From: a candidate division WWE3 bacterium RIFOXYD1_FULL_39_9
Lineage (GTDB): Bacteria; Patescibacteriota; WWE3; UBA101185; UBA10185
Assembly (NCBI GenBank): GCA_001773295.1
Contig: MEWG01000022.1
Span: forward strand, 1-39,763
Reading direction: 5' to 3'
Length of the DNA: 39,763 nucleotides
Below, in pieces: positions 25,760 through 35,300 of this stretch. The translations under genes and the position numbers were made by a program. The notes under the pieces were generated by a model. The model searched no databases, was not told where the DNA came from, and saw only the letters and a program-made list of their open reading frames with translations. Numbering within the stretch: the stretch's first letter is position 1; every line of letters begins with the position of its first letter.

Positions 25760-27114
25760 GCCTTTGCTAGTAAACCCAATTTAACCATCACACGTCTGAC
25801 ATTAAATACTAGCTCAGAATCCTTAAGCGACCACAACCAAGAAGTATCGGTAAAACCTTTGTCGTACGCAGCGTGCCAAATTCCGTCAAAAAAGACGATC
25901 CCAAGTAGTTGAATGTAGACCGACAAACCTGCAATAACATAAAATACTTTTTTGTATTTTGTAAAATGATCAGACTGAACAAAAGGAACAAGAAGTAATA
26001 TTAGAAACGGAATTACATCGGAGCTCATGCGATAGCCAAAAGACCAGCCTCCGTACCAATGTTTCCAAAAACTAATTATCAAGGTATGTAGAAATACAGT
26101 TATCCCAAAAATCAAATATAAGTCACTTTTGGAATCTCTACGTCTTAGTCCCAGATAAAGTCCGATTAAAGAAAAAACAAACACAGGAGAGTAGGCTAAT
26201 ATTCCTTTACTTGGAGAAAACCAAACGCCAAAGAAACTTTCGGGAAAACCACCTAACCAGTTGGTAGTCAACTGAGATGAATAACCTTGGTTCGAAATAT
26301 CTCTATAAAATTTTGCGTTATACCAAAAGAAAAATCCTGCAACTAATAACAACCCTATCAAAAATAATATCCCCGGTTTAACAAGTTTCTTAAGGTTTGC
26401 GCGATATGTGAACAAGAAATGAGTGACTATTAGTATAATCGGCAGCCCGCCGGTTGGCCTGGAAAGAAAAGCCAAGCCAAAAAACAGTCCGGTAAATAGC
26501 ATGTGTGACGACCTAGAATCTTTAAGGTAATTTAAATAAAAGTATAGCCCAATAATTAAAAATAACTGTAAAGTACCGTGCTGCCACAAAGCCTGCGACA
26601 ACAGGGCATAATTTATGGTTCCGAATAGATATATGGCCGTTATAAGAAGAGCGTGGTAGTTGCTAGTTTCAAAGTGCTTCTTAAGCAAAAGGTACATAAA
26701 ACCGCCCGAAAACCCTACAATCAACGCCGCCGCTACATGCGAAAGAATAATCAAATTTCCCCATATCATGGGCAAATTTAATAACACGGGAAGCAGATAA
26801 ACCGGAACTGCAAGTATGGGCGTAATAATCGGAAATGCTGAAACGTAATGAGTGTCAACTTTCCTAAGGTAAAACGGAACCATGTTTCTCGTATAGCTCT
26901 TATCGTCTGGGTGCGGGTAGCTGCCTAACATAGTGGAATAATAATTGTCTAAATACAGGTCTCCCCTACTAATTATAGAGATAGGCAGGAATATGGCCGG
27001 AACTGTGTCTTCGGATTGAACTGCTAGCTTGTTTACACCGATCGAATAAACGAAAGCCCATGAAAGAAAATAAATTACCGATGCTGTGAGTGAAATTGCG
27101 AAGAAACGCCTCAT
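25732..27114 (-). CDS. polytopic membrane protein, putative GT-C fold glycosyltransferase (family unassigned)
   Basis: 460 aa. TM1 is followed by a loop with QSEDTVP...RGDLYLDNYY...HPDD. About 10 or more hydrophobic segments follow, including LSRPTGGLPI. Its C-terminus overlaps the next gene by 28 nt. Confidence 0.45.
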   Translation of the reverse strand: MRRFFAISLTASVIYFLSWAFVYSIGVNKLAVQSEDTVPAIFLPISIISRGDLYLDNYYSTMLGSYPHPDDKSYTRNMVPFYLRKVDTHYVSAFPIITPILAVPVYLLPVLLNLPMIWGNLIILSHVAAALIVGFSGGFMYLLLKKHFETSNYHALLITAIYLFGTINYALLSQALWQHGTLQLFLIIGLYFYLNYLKDSRSSHMLFTGLFFGLAFLSRPTGGLPIILIVTHFLFTYRANLKKLVKPGILFLIGLLLVAGFFFWYNAKFYRDISNQGYSSQLTTNWLGGFPESFFGVWFSPSKGILAYSPVFVFSLIGLYLGLRRRDSKSDLYLIFGITVFLHTLIISFWKHWYGGWSFGYRMSSDVIPFLILLLVPFVQSDHFTKYKKVFYVIAGLSVYIQLLGIVFFDGIWHAAYDKGFTDTSWLWSLKDSELVFNVRRVMVKLGLLAKACAQCLPQK

Positions 27115-27143
27115 ATAATTATGATAACACCTAAATTAATGGA

Positions 27144-28757
27144 TTATTCAATCCTTCTATATACATAAGCGGAAGGAAATTCAGCGACATTCTGCAGACT
27201 AATATTGTTTGAGAAAAACACACGCGCCTCGGCGGACAGATCTTCTTTGAAGACAACCAAATTCTCGCCGCCCAATTCGCTGAACTTCCCAAATCCTGAA
27301 GTTGTAGGTAGCTGACTTGTAAATTCACTATAGTCATAGTCAGACACTCGATAATCTACCGGATTTAGTAGAAGCTTATTGTGTTTTGGTAAAGTAAGTA
27401 GCGCGACCTCAGACTGAGCTCCCGGATAAACCGCAACTTTAGCGCATATGGGGACATTCTTGGACAAGTAATCATAAACTTCGGAACCGGCTGTTTCTTT
27501 ATATACAGTTACAGGTACAAATACTTCTGACAAAGTGAACAGCGCTAGAACTAATGTTAAAATTACTGCATTTCTTGGCTTCATCACGGTAAAGAAATAA
27601 TCAAAAACATATCCGGCCATCACAACAAGCGAAAATAACTGGAGAATAGACAATCTTGCCGTAACTCTAAACATCGGAAAAAGTTTAAATATAAGGTAAC
27701 CTGGAGTCCAAAACCTGATTCCGGATACGGTGAAGTATGGCGGGAGCATTAGAATAAAAAACAAAATATATAGTATTAAATAAATTTTTGCTTCTTTCCC
27801 TAAAATTGTGGGTTTCTTCGCCAAAAGATAAATAACGGTTATGAGTGTTACGAAACTAAAAAGCAGCCCAAAGTAATTTCCTGAATGCTCCTTCGCAAAA
27901 TAATCATCCGCTAAAAAATAATTAGTCTTGTACCCTATTTCTAGCGCATTTTTCGTAATTGAGCCAAACAACGGATTTTCTAAAGGAGGTAGAACGCTAT
28001 ACCATGGGCGCGCACTGAAAGTTATAAAATCCTCCAGAGGTCTTTGAACTCCTAGCGCAAAAAAACCATTTTGTCTTTCCGTATCATAATCAATGTATGT
28101 AGCCTTGAAGTACGGAAACAAAGTAATTAACAGCATAATAATTGACACAAGTATTGAGATGCTGAAACTTTTAATTTCCTTCAACAAATCAGCTTTTGAT
28201 TTCAATCCAAATGAAACATTTAGAAAGGTATAAAGTGAGTAATAAACAAAGAGAAAGAATCCATAATAATTTGAAATTACACCTACAAGAAATATAAATA
28301 GTCCTGTTTTAACACTGTGTAAGTATGGGATCGATCCGTGTTTGTTACTTTTTTGTAGCAATATATACATTGCAGGAAAAACCCACAACTGAGACAGATC
28401 CAAATGCTTCCCCATATGTATCCATGCGTACGATGAAAAACTAAATAGAAGTGCTAAAGCTAATCCCGCCTTAAATTTTCTAAGGGCTAAGTAAGTAACA
28501 ATAAAATTGGCTAGTAAAGTCAATAATACGAAAACATTGAACACGCCTGATCCAAAAATTGTCAGAAGAACCGAGTTAACTAAATTATATAAGGGCTGAC
28601 TGGTCAAGAGCGGGTGCTGAAACCCCCAAAACATATTTGAATATAAAGGGTAATCCTGTAAACACTCTTCGGTTATTTTAAATAAAGGACCTGATATACC
28701 GCCCCAAACGTAATTTGCTAGCTGATCATCCAGCCCACCTATCAGAAAATTCAACAT
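27144..28757 (-). CDS. polytopic membrane protein, possibly a distant YfhO/AftD-type GT-C relative
   Basis: 537 aa with GGAG 6 nt upstream of the ATG. It starts with a non-hydrophobic segment of about 55 aa containing GGLDDQLANYVWG. Many TMs follow, then PMFRVTARLS (an FR..R motif also present in the two giants) and a soluble C-terminal region of about 130 aa. Confidence 0.4.
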   Translation of the reverse strand: MLNFLIGGLDDQLANYVWGGISGPLFKITEECLQDYPLYSNMFWGFQHPLLTSQPLYNLVNSVLLTIFGSGVFNVFVLLTLLANFIVTYLALRKFKAGLALALLFSFSSYAWIHMGKHLDLSQLWVFPAMYILLQKSNKHGSIPYLHSVKTGLFIFLVGVISNYYGFFLFVYYSLYTFLNVSFGLKSKADLLKEIKSFSISILVSIIMLLITLFPYFKATYIDYDTERQNGFFALGVQRPLEDFITFSARPWYSVLPPLENPLFGSITKNALEIGYKTNYFLADDYFAKEHSGNYFGLLFSFVTLITVIYLLAKKPTILGKEAKIYLILYILFFILMLPPYFTVSGIRFWTPGYLIFKLFPMFRVTARLSILQLFSLVVMAGYVFDYFFTVMKPRNAVILTLVLALFTLSEVFVPVTVYKETAGSEVYDYLSKNVPICAKVAVYPGAQSEVALLTLPKHNKLLLNPVDYRVSDYDYSEFTSQLPTTSGFGKFSELGGENLVVFKEDLSAEARVFFSNNISLQNVAEFPSAYVYRRIE

Positions 28758-28772
28758 GTTACTCCAGTAAGC

Positions 28773-29015
28773 TTAATTAACATATTTTGTCAATTTATCC
28801 TCGCCTAATTTGGTAATAAATAACTCGATAACAGTAAGTGTAAAAAAGAAAAATATAACAGACCCGGTAGTCTCGGCAGCTGATACATTGCCGCTAGCAA
28901 TAAAAAGTATTGTAAGGACTATAAAGAACACTTCCATAAAATACGGTACTAATTTTATGTCCTCGTACTTCCTTCTCGTCACAATGTATACGACCGTTAA
29001 TATTAATTCAATCAA
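28773..29015 (-). CDS. small membrane protein (2-3 TM), weakly similar to the 119-aa ORF at 31980-32339
   Basis: 80 aa from TTG 29015 (TTGA overlap with the 995-aa stop). The alternative ATG (MEVFF...) would give 54 aa. It is hydrophobic with a K/D-rich tail. Coding status is inferred from position and similarity only. Confidence 0.45.
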   Translation of the reverse strand: MIELILTVVYIVTRRKYEDIKLVPYFMEVFFIVLTILFIASGNVSAAETTGSVIFFFFTLTVIELFITKLGEDKLTKYVN

Positions 29016-31999
29016 CTTCTTCTCCTATAAAGAATATATACAAATAATACACCAGCCAAAACCGAACTACCTGCGAATAAAACAGTGTTTAAAATATCCG
29101 GCCAGAATACAATTGCGTAGTAACCACTATCGATCTTTGATAGATCCCAGCCGTTAGAGTAACTTTCAATGTTTACGTGCTCGGCAAAATGCTTGTCACC
29201 AAACAAAAGTTTTGCAGAGTAAATGCCTCTGATAAATTCCGGCATTTCTCTATATCTTGTAAGGTCGTCTCTTGAGATTAGCACAAGGCTCCAGTTCGGG
29301 TCGTACGCATCTTTAAACTGCAGATACCCTTCCGTTGCACCCTTCTTGTCAATTTCGATCAAACCCATGCTTTGACTAGCTCTGGAATAGTCGACAATAT
29401 TTGGTTTTGCCGGTTCGCCTTGCGATTCTTTTTGCACCATCATGATCAGTTTTGCAGTTGTCATATCCTTATATGCAAATGCCCTTACCCCCACTTTTGA
29501 AGGTTTAAATTCACTTTGTGGATTAATTAAGTAAGGCGAGATTCTTATATAATAATCGGGATCCTCTAACGGGTTGCGTATAACTGCGGAGATATAGTTA
29601 AAATGAATTGCATCTGTGCCTGCTGGAATAACTGCGTCGCCGTATGAAGTCTCTACTCCGGAGTCAACATCTCTGTGAATAATACTCAACAAGATATCCA
29701 GATTTATTCTTTCACCAAAATCTATTCCAATATCATAAGTCCTAGATGGATCGAACCATGATATCTTATTGTAATATTTTGATACCTTTGTTTTGAACAT
29801 TAAACTGTTTGGATCTGTTACATCGTCTGAGTCTCTAAATAAACCGGTTTCTGTATATATCCAATTGTTCTTAATATATTCCGGTTTCTTAATTTCATTT
29901 GTGTAAACTTCAAGTTTCTTGCAACACTCGGGCTGGTCAAACATAAATGATAATTCTTTTGATGGCTTTTCTAAATTTCCGTCTAATGTTACTGAAGTAA
30001 GCTTAATATCCTCAGTGCTTGGAATAATCCTTCCGAAATACTTTCCGGAAGTAAATTTACTTAAATCAAAAACGTACTCGGTTGCTTTCTCAAAATCATA
30101 AGTCACTACCGGCTCTATCACTTCTATTTCAAAAGGAGTTTTGGATGTATATGAAAACTTTAAGTCAACACCAAATGTATCTTTCAATATTTCATACTCC
30201 TTTGGCGTTAACTGTTTACTTGAAAATATATTGCCGGCAGGTACTATCTCAACGTCAGAAACATCTTTTTCAGTCTCGTGTATTGTTATTTTACCCTTTT
30301 CTATTGCCGGCTCGCTTTGGTAAAGATCCTTCAGTTTTTTCATGTAACCTGCAAAACCTGCGTACCCCGCATCGCCCTGAATTATTAGTCCCGACAATTT
30401 GTATGTCTGCGCTATGCTATTAAATTTTTCCGGCGATTCTAATAACGACTTATTTATGTACGCGGTGACAGAGTCTATACCCGAATTGCCAAAAATTAAC
30501 GGTGCCCTTGAAATTATGTTTACTCCTTTAAATAATATATAAGGACTTCCGTTATACCCGGATGGCCATTTAAGATACTCCGATACTTGAAAAGTCGGGT
30601 ATAGAACATAGTAACCTTTCTTTGGTTCCCAGTTTTCCCTAAGATCTTCCCAGTAATCCGGAACAATTACGGTTTGAGAGCTAATTTTTTTATTTTCAGT
30701 CTCGCCTACTACTTCTGCAGACCAATAAGGTCGTCCAAGAGCTACTCCTGAAATTATTAAAATGACAAACAGAAGTATCCGCAAAAAATTACGTGACTTT
30801 AATTCAGTGCTGATTTTAATTAAAGTGTATACAAGCAACGTGTCCCCGATAAGAGCGTAGACCGGCATGAACTTTGCATAAGGCTCTCTAAAAAACCAAA
30901 AGAGAGGTACGTTATCGTAAAAAAACCCAAAAATCGACCCCCCAAAGCCAGATATACCTTTTGCAAGAAGGATAAAAAGCCAGGCCATGCCGACCAAAAA
31001 TAAAAGAAATTCACTTTCAGAATTTTTTTCACGTTTCTTTATCTGTTTGATGAGAAAAAACGGAACTCCTGCTATAAGCAAAAAAGGCAGGAATCGCGCC
31101 GCAACTAACGGAAAGCGGTCGTAATTTTTATAATAAGGAAAATAGTAAATTTCCTCTGTTGCTTTTTCTCTAAAAGCCCAGCTTCCGAAATAAGTAAGAA
31201 CATCCTGAGTTTTCGACGCAGCGATAGTTACAAAATTTGATGTGGTCCCTTTTATATCCCCAACGTTTGTTCGTATTTTCATCACAAATGGCACAGCCCA
31301 CCAAATGTTTAGCAAAGACGACAGTACAATAAAAAACATAAAGTGAAGCAGAAGGTTCCTAAAATTAGTACGGATGAACACATTTTTATAAACTATACCC
31401 AATGCAATGACAATGAATATTATCGATCCGTATGGAATATTTACATACAAAGGTGACACAAAAAATGTAATAAGTGATAGTGCTGCAATGATCTTGTAAC
31501 CACCTTGATCCTGAATAATATATTTGTGGAGCAATGCAAAAATAAGAGGTAAAAACATAAAAAGTATTCTTGGAGGAGTTAGAAGGACTGAAATGTTTAA
31601 GAAAAAAGGATTGAAAACATAGAAAATAATTGCAATTACTGCGATTAACGGAGACATTTTTTCCCTATAAACCTGCTTTATAAATAGATAAAAGAAAAGT
31701 CCTGTAATTACCCAGGCTAAAACATGCCAAGAGACCAACGCATAATAATAATTTATATTTAGGATCTCGAAAAGATGAAAAAATAGATACTGCAGTTTGA
31801 AGGGTAAAAACAGACTAAACTCACCGAAATTTACATTTGGAGCCCATCCCTGTGTATATATTTTTCCCCACATCCCGTAGTCCAGCGCATAAAACTCTTC
31901 CCCTGTTATTAGATGCCCGTGAAACCACAATAATGGAGTAAGTCCGGTCAGTAATATTGCACAAAGCGGCAGAATAAATTTACTTATCTTTGTTAGCAT
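29012..31999 (-). CDS. giant membrane protein, AftD/DUF3367-like GT-C architecture (paralog of 32323-35880)
   Basis: 995 aa. An N-terminal block of about 420 aa has many TMs, with a first loop ITGEEFYALDYG...QGWAPNVNFGEF and later FFREPYAKFMPVY. A soluble region of about 520 aa starts at VPDYWEDLRENW. The protein ends HVNIESYSNGWDL... plus one C-terminal TM (VLFAGSSVLAGVLFVYILY). Confidence 0.6.
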   Translation of the reverse strand: MLTKISKFILPLCAILLTGLTPLLWFHGHLITGEEFYALDYGMWGKIYTQGWAPNVNFGEFSLFLPFKLQYLFFHLFEILNINYYYALVSWHVLAWVITGLFFYLFIKQVYREKMSPLIAVIAIIFYVFNPFFLNISVLLTPPRILFMFLPLIFALLHKYIIQDQGGYKIIAALSLITFFVSPLYVNIPYGSIIFIVIALGIVYKNVFIRTNFRNLLLHFMFFIVLSSLLNIWWAVPFVMKIRTNVGDIKGTTSNFVTIAASKTQDVLTYFGSWAFREKATEEIYYFPYYKNYDRFPLVAARFLPFLLIAGVPFFLIKQIKKREKNSESEFLLFLVGMAWLFILLAKGISGFGGSIFGFFYDNVPLFWFFREPYAKFMPVYALIGDTLLVYTLIKISTELKSRNFLRILLFVILIISGVALGRPYWSAEVVGETENKKISSQTVIVPDYWEDLRENWEPKKGYYVLYPTFQVSEYLKWPSGYNGSPYILFKGVNIISRAPLIFGNSGIDSVTAYINKSLLESPEKFNSIAQTYKLSGLIIQGDAGYAGFAGYMKKLKDLYQSEPAIEKGKITIHETEKDVSDVEIVPAGNIFSSKQLTPKEYEILKDTFGVDLKFSYTSKTPFEIEVIEPVVTYDFEKATEYVFDLSKFTSGKYFGRIIPSTEDIKLTSVTLDGNLEKPSKELSFMFDQPECCKKLEVYTNEIKKPEYIKNNWIYTETGLFRDSDDVTDPNSLMFKTKVSKYYNKISWFDPSRTYDIGIDFGERINLDILLSIIHRDVDSGVETSYGDAVIPAGTDAIHFNYISAVIRNPLEDPDYYIRISPYLINPQSEFKPSKVGVRAFAYKDMTTAKLIMMVQKESQGEPAKPNIVDYSRASQSMGLIEIDKKGATEGYLQFKDAYDPNWSLVLISRDDLTRYREMPEFIRGIYSAKLLFGDKHFAEHVNIESYSNGWDLSKIDSGYYAIVFWPDILNTVLFAGSSVLAGVLFVYILYRRRS

Positions 32000-32339
32000 T
32001 TTCCGATTCAGGTTTATCGAAAATCAACTCACGCGTCCTTTCGATGACCAGAAATATTAAAAAGTAAAAAACTATTACAGAAAAGTTCGCACTGGCAAAG
32101 TCTCTTCCTATCATTAAGAAGAAGGGCATAAATAAGACAAAAATAACACCAAATACAATCAGAGCCTTACCTTCAGAATCAATTTTCCTACCGGACAGAT
32201 ACCATAATATAAATAACACTAATTGAACTACTTCCAGAGGTGTCCTAACAAAAACCGACAACGCAATTAAGAAGATGGTCAGAAAAGAAAATATTACAAA
32301 ATTAAATTTTTCCACTTGTATCTTAGTTTTTGTCAGCAT
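31980..32339 (-). CDS. small membrane protein (about 4 hydrophobic segments), unknown function
   Basis: 119 aa. Its start overlaps the 1185-aa gene by 17 nt and its end overlaps the 995-aa gene by 20 nt. It is hydrophobic with a K/D/N-rich tail. Residues about 40-119 align colinearly with the 80-aa ORF. Confidence 0.55.
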   Translation of the reverse strand: MLTKTKIQVEKFNFVIFSFLTIFLIALSVFVRTPLEVVQLVLFILWYLSGRKIDSEGKALIVFGVIFVLFMPFFLMIGRDFASANFSVIVFYFLIFLVIERTRELIFDKPESENANKDK

Positions 32340-35300
32340 TGTTTTTTCTTAATTTATTAAATACGGTAACCCAGATAAGATATAACGCACTCAAACCAAT
32401 TATTGCAGTTGAAATTACTATTCCTATGTAAAATAATCTCTGAGCATTAAATTCAACGATTAATTCTAACTTTCCGTCCTTTGCATATTCGTCAGAAATT
32501 AGCCAGCCATTAGAAAAGCCGTTGGCAATGTAGTGCTTATCGGACGCAACTTTATCGAGCCCCACAGTCTCAAAGAGTTCCCCTAATATCGACGTCTTAC
32601 TTAAAATATTTTCTTCATGTCTATATAACTGCCACTCCTTACTAAAACTTTCACTGAAAACTAAGTAGAACGGACTCTGAATATCTGTGATATTTAATTT
32701 GTACTTAGTTGGATTTATAGAAATAAACTCTATCTTTGGCGTATGTATCTTAGCTTGGTTACTTGCATTAAATTTTCTTATGATTATTTTTGGATCGGGG
32801 ACTTTTTGGACTTTAATATTTTTTATCTCTATATCGCTAAAATTATTTTTACCCGAAAAACCATAAATAAACAAATATCCGTTCACAGTATCTTCCGATG
32901 ATGTAAAAGTTTTTTTATAGGTACTCCAACCATCATTGTTTGGCGAAATGACTGACACATCTCTATCGATAACTGCGTCAAACAAAATCTTTCTCACAGT
33001 CGGGATTTGTTCTATATCCAGGATTTTTTTCTCCTTGGATTTCCCGACTATATCCTCGACTAAAGCTATCGCTGCTTTTCCGCTGTTGAGTTTGTAGTCA
33101 AAAGATACTGCATATCTGGTATTTGAAATCCAACTGTCAATTCTTTTGTATTTTGACGGCTGGGCCCCAAAAAGCTGAGGTCTTAACTTAATACCACTCG
33201 TGTCTTCTTCGAATGTTTTGTACTCTAGCCACTCTTCTCCGATAAGAAGGTTTGGAGTTTCATGGAATTTTATATTTAATCTAACAGGAGTTCCCGGCTC
33301 AAATTCAAAACTTCCAATTTGGATAAAATTTCCATTAACTTGACCCAAGGAGTTTAACTCAACAGTACGAACGACTTCGTTACCGTTATTTGTTACCACA
33401 GTTAATTTATCAATTGTATGATTAGGAACATTCTTATCGAAACTCTTGTTATCAATGAGAATGTCGTACTTATCTGGTTTATTAACTGTGAATCGGTAAC
33501 AAAAATCTGAGCAATTTTTATCAGATATCTCGCTAGCCCACTCTTGGAATTTCTTAAGAGAGTTTGCAAAAAGCTCTCTAAGTTTTGGGTCTGTTCCATA
33601 TTCAGAATAGTGTCTTAATAAGTAGGATTGAGTAGTTGTTACTAATCCTTTGTACATTCTTCCTCTTGCTTCAGTAGGTATCCCAGACAACATCTCTATT
33701 GTTTCATCTAAACTCGAGGTGTACGCAGCCACACTTTCATGGCTGTCGATCAAATTATACTTGCTCAATTCGTAGGCACGTTTGTTAAGATGTATAAGTT
33801 TTAACTGAATTTTTCTTATCGGGTTCTTCTCCTTTGCTAAAGATAGCTCCTCTTTAATCACCCTTAGCCGGTATTGAATAGTGTATGGGTTGTAGTCAGC
33901 GGCAGGTGATTTCCAGTCAGTTGACCAAAATCCTTCTATCGACAGATCCATCGGAGATATCTCCTCGACAGGATAGTAGATATAATCAATGTCAGTTTCA
34001 TTCAAAACACCTGCTGACTTTCCCAACACAAACTGCTGGTTCACAGAGTAATCATCGAGAGAGAATATATACGGCAAGGCGGCAATCTTTCCGTTGATTA
34101 CTTTTGTTCTCTCGGGAGCATAAAAAACCGGTAAAGTGTGAGCACTATCTATCTTGTACATTTTAATAAAATCATTTTCAAAATAGCTGTGAATTAGATT
34201 CTGACGCTCCAGTTCCTCCATCTTTGAACCTGACTGCACAATAAAACCATCTTCCACATCAAAGTGGTAGATAATGTCCGATACATTAAAGTACGGAAGC
34301 ATTCTTACATACCAGATCGGAGGAATATTTAGAGTATTTAAGCTTTGAGTCGGGTTAAAATCTTCTAAGACATACATTGAAGAATTCTGGGCTATAGTCG
34401 GTCTATTGAAATAATTCTCAGTTGGATTTACACCAATTAACTTCCACTTTGGGTAATTAACCCAGGCTATTGTATTGAGCGGACTATGTGGCAATGCCTG
34501 TAACTTAGTTACCGTTGGGTCTGAATTTACAATATCATAGACATCCTTATACGCATCTGGAACTTTCACAAGACCTGAAAAATCGGCGGTCAGATAATCC
34601 TCCTTTTTGGCAAAATTGATTGAGTAAACCTTCTGGATACCGCCAATATAAAAAGGAAGCGGAGCAGTTGAAATAAACAAGATAAAAATTAAAAATATCG
34701 CACTATTTTTTAAACGTTCCGGGATAAAACCATACAAGGAAGTAAGAAATACGAAGGGCATAAATATGGCAACTTTTTCATAACTCCTTAAAGCCGGAAT
34801 AAATGGAATTTTGAATAATAGCATGGAGAGATCTCCAAAAGGGGGCTGGCTCTTTTTAAGCAAAAGCATAAAAATTACACCCACCAAAAGTATTGAGATC
34901 GAAAGTTTGTGACTCTCGTCTTTTATTTTTCTTTGGGAGGTCAAGAATATAAGTAGCATGGCTATCGGCAGGAATCCAACTACGTACCAGATCTTGAAAC
35001 CATATTTCACAGGGAAAAAGTCCGGGTAGCGCTGCATTCCCATATAAATCGAGAGTAAATCCGCAGATTGCGAATCAAGCCAGCTCTTAAGGTCAAAAAC
35101 TCCACTCACAAGACTTGTAATACCCTCATTCACAAATACCAGCGTCGGCATCAACCAGACACAAATTACTAGCAACGACGTAATGCCTAGCGCCAGTAAT
35201 GAGGCGATAAACTTCTTTGTGACCTTTACCAAACCTGTCAAAAGTAACGCTAGAGTAAAAAGTCCCATAAAGATCACTAATGCGAAGAAAAACGCACTAT

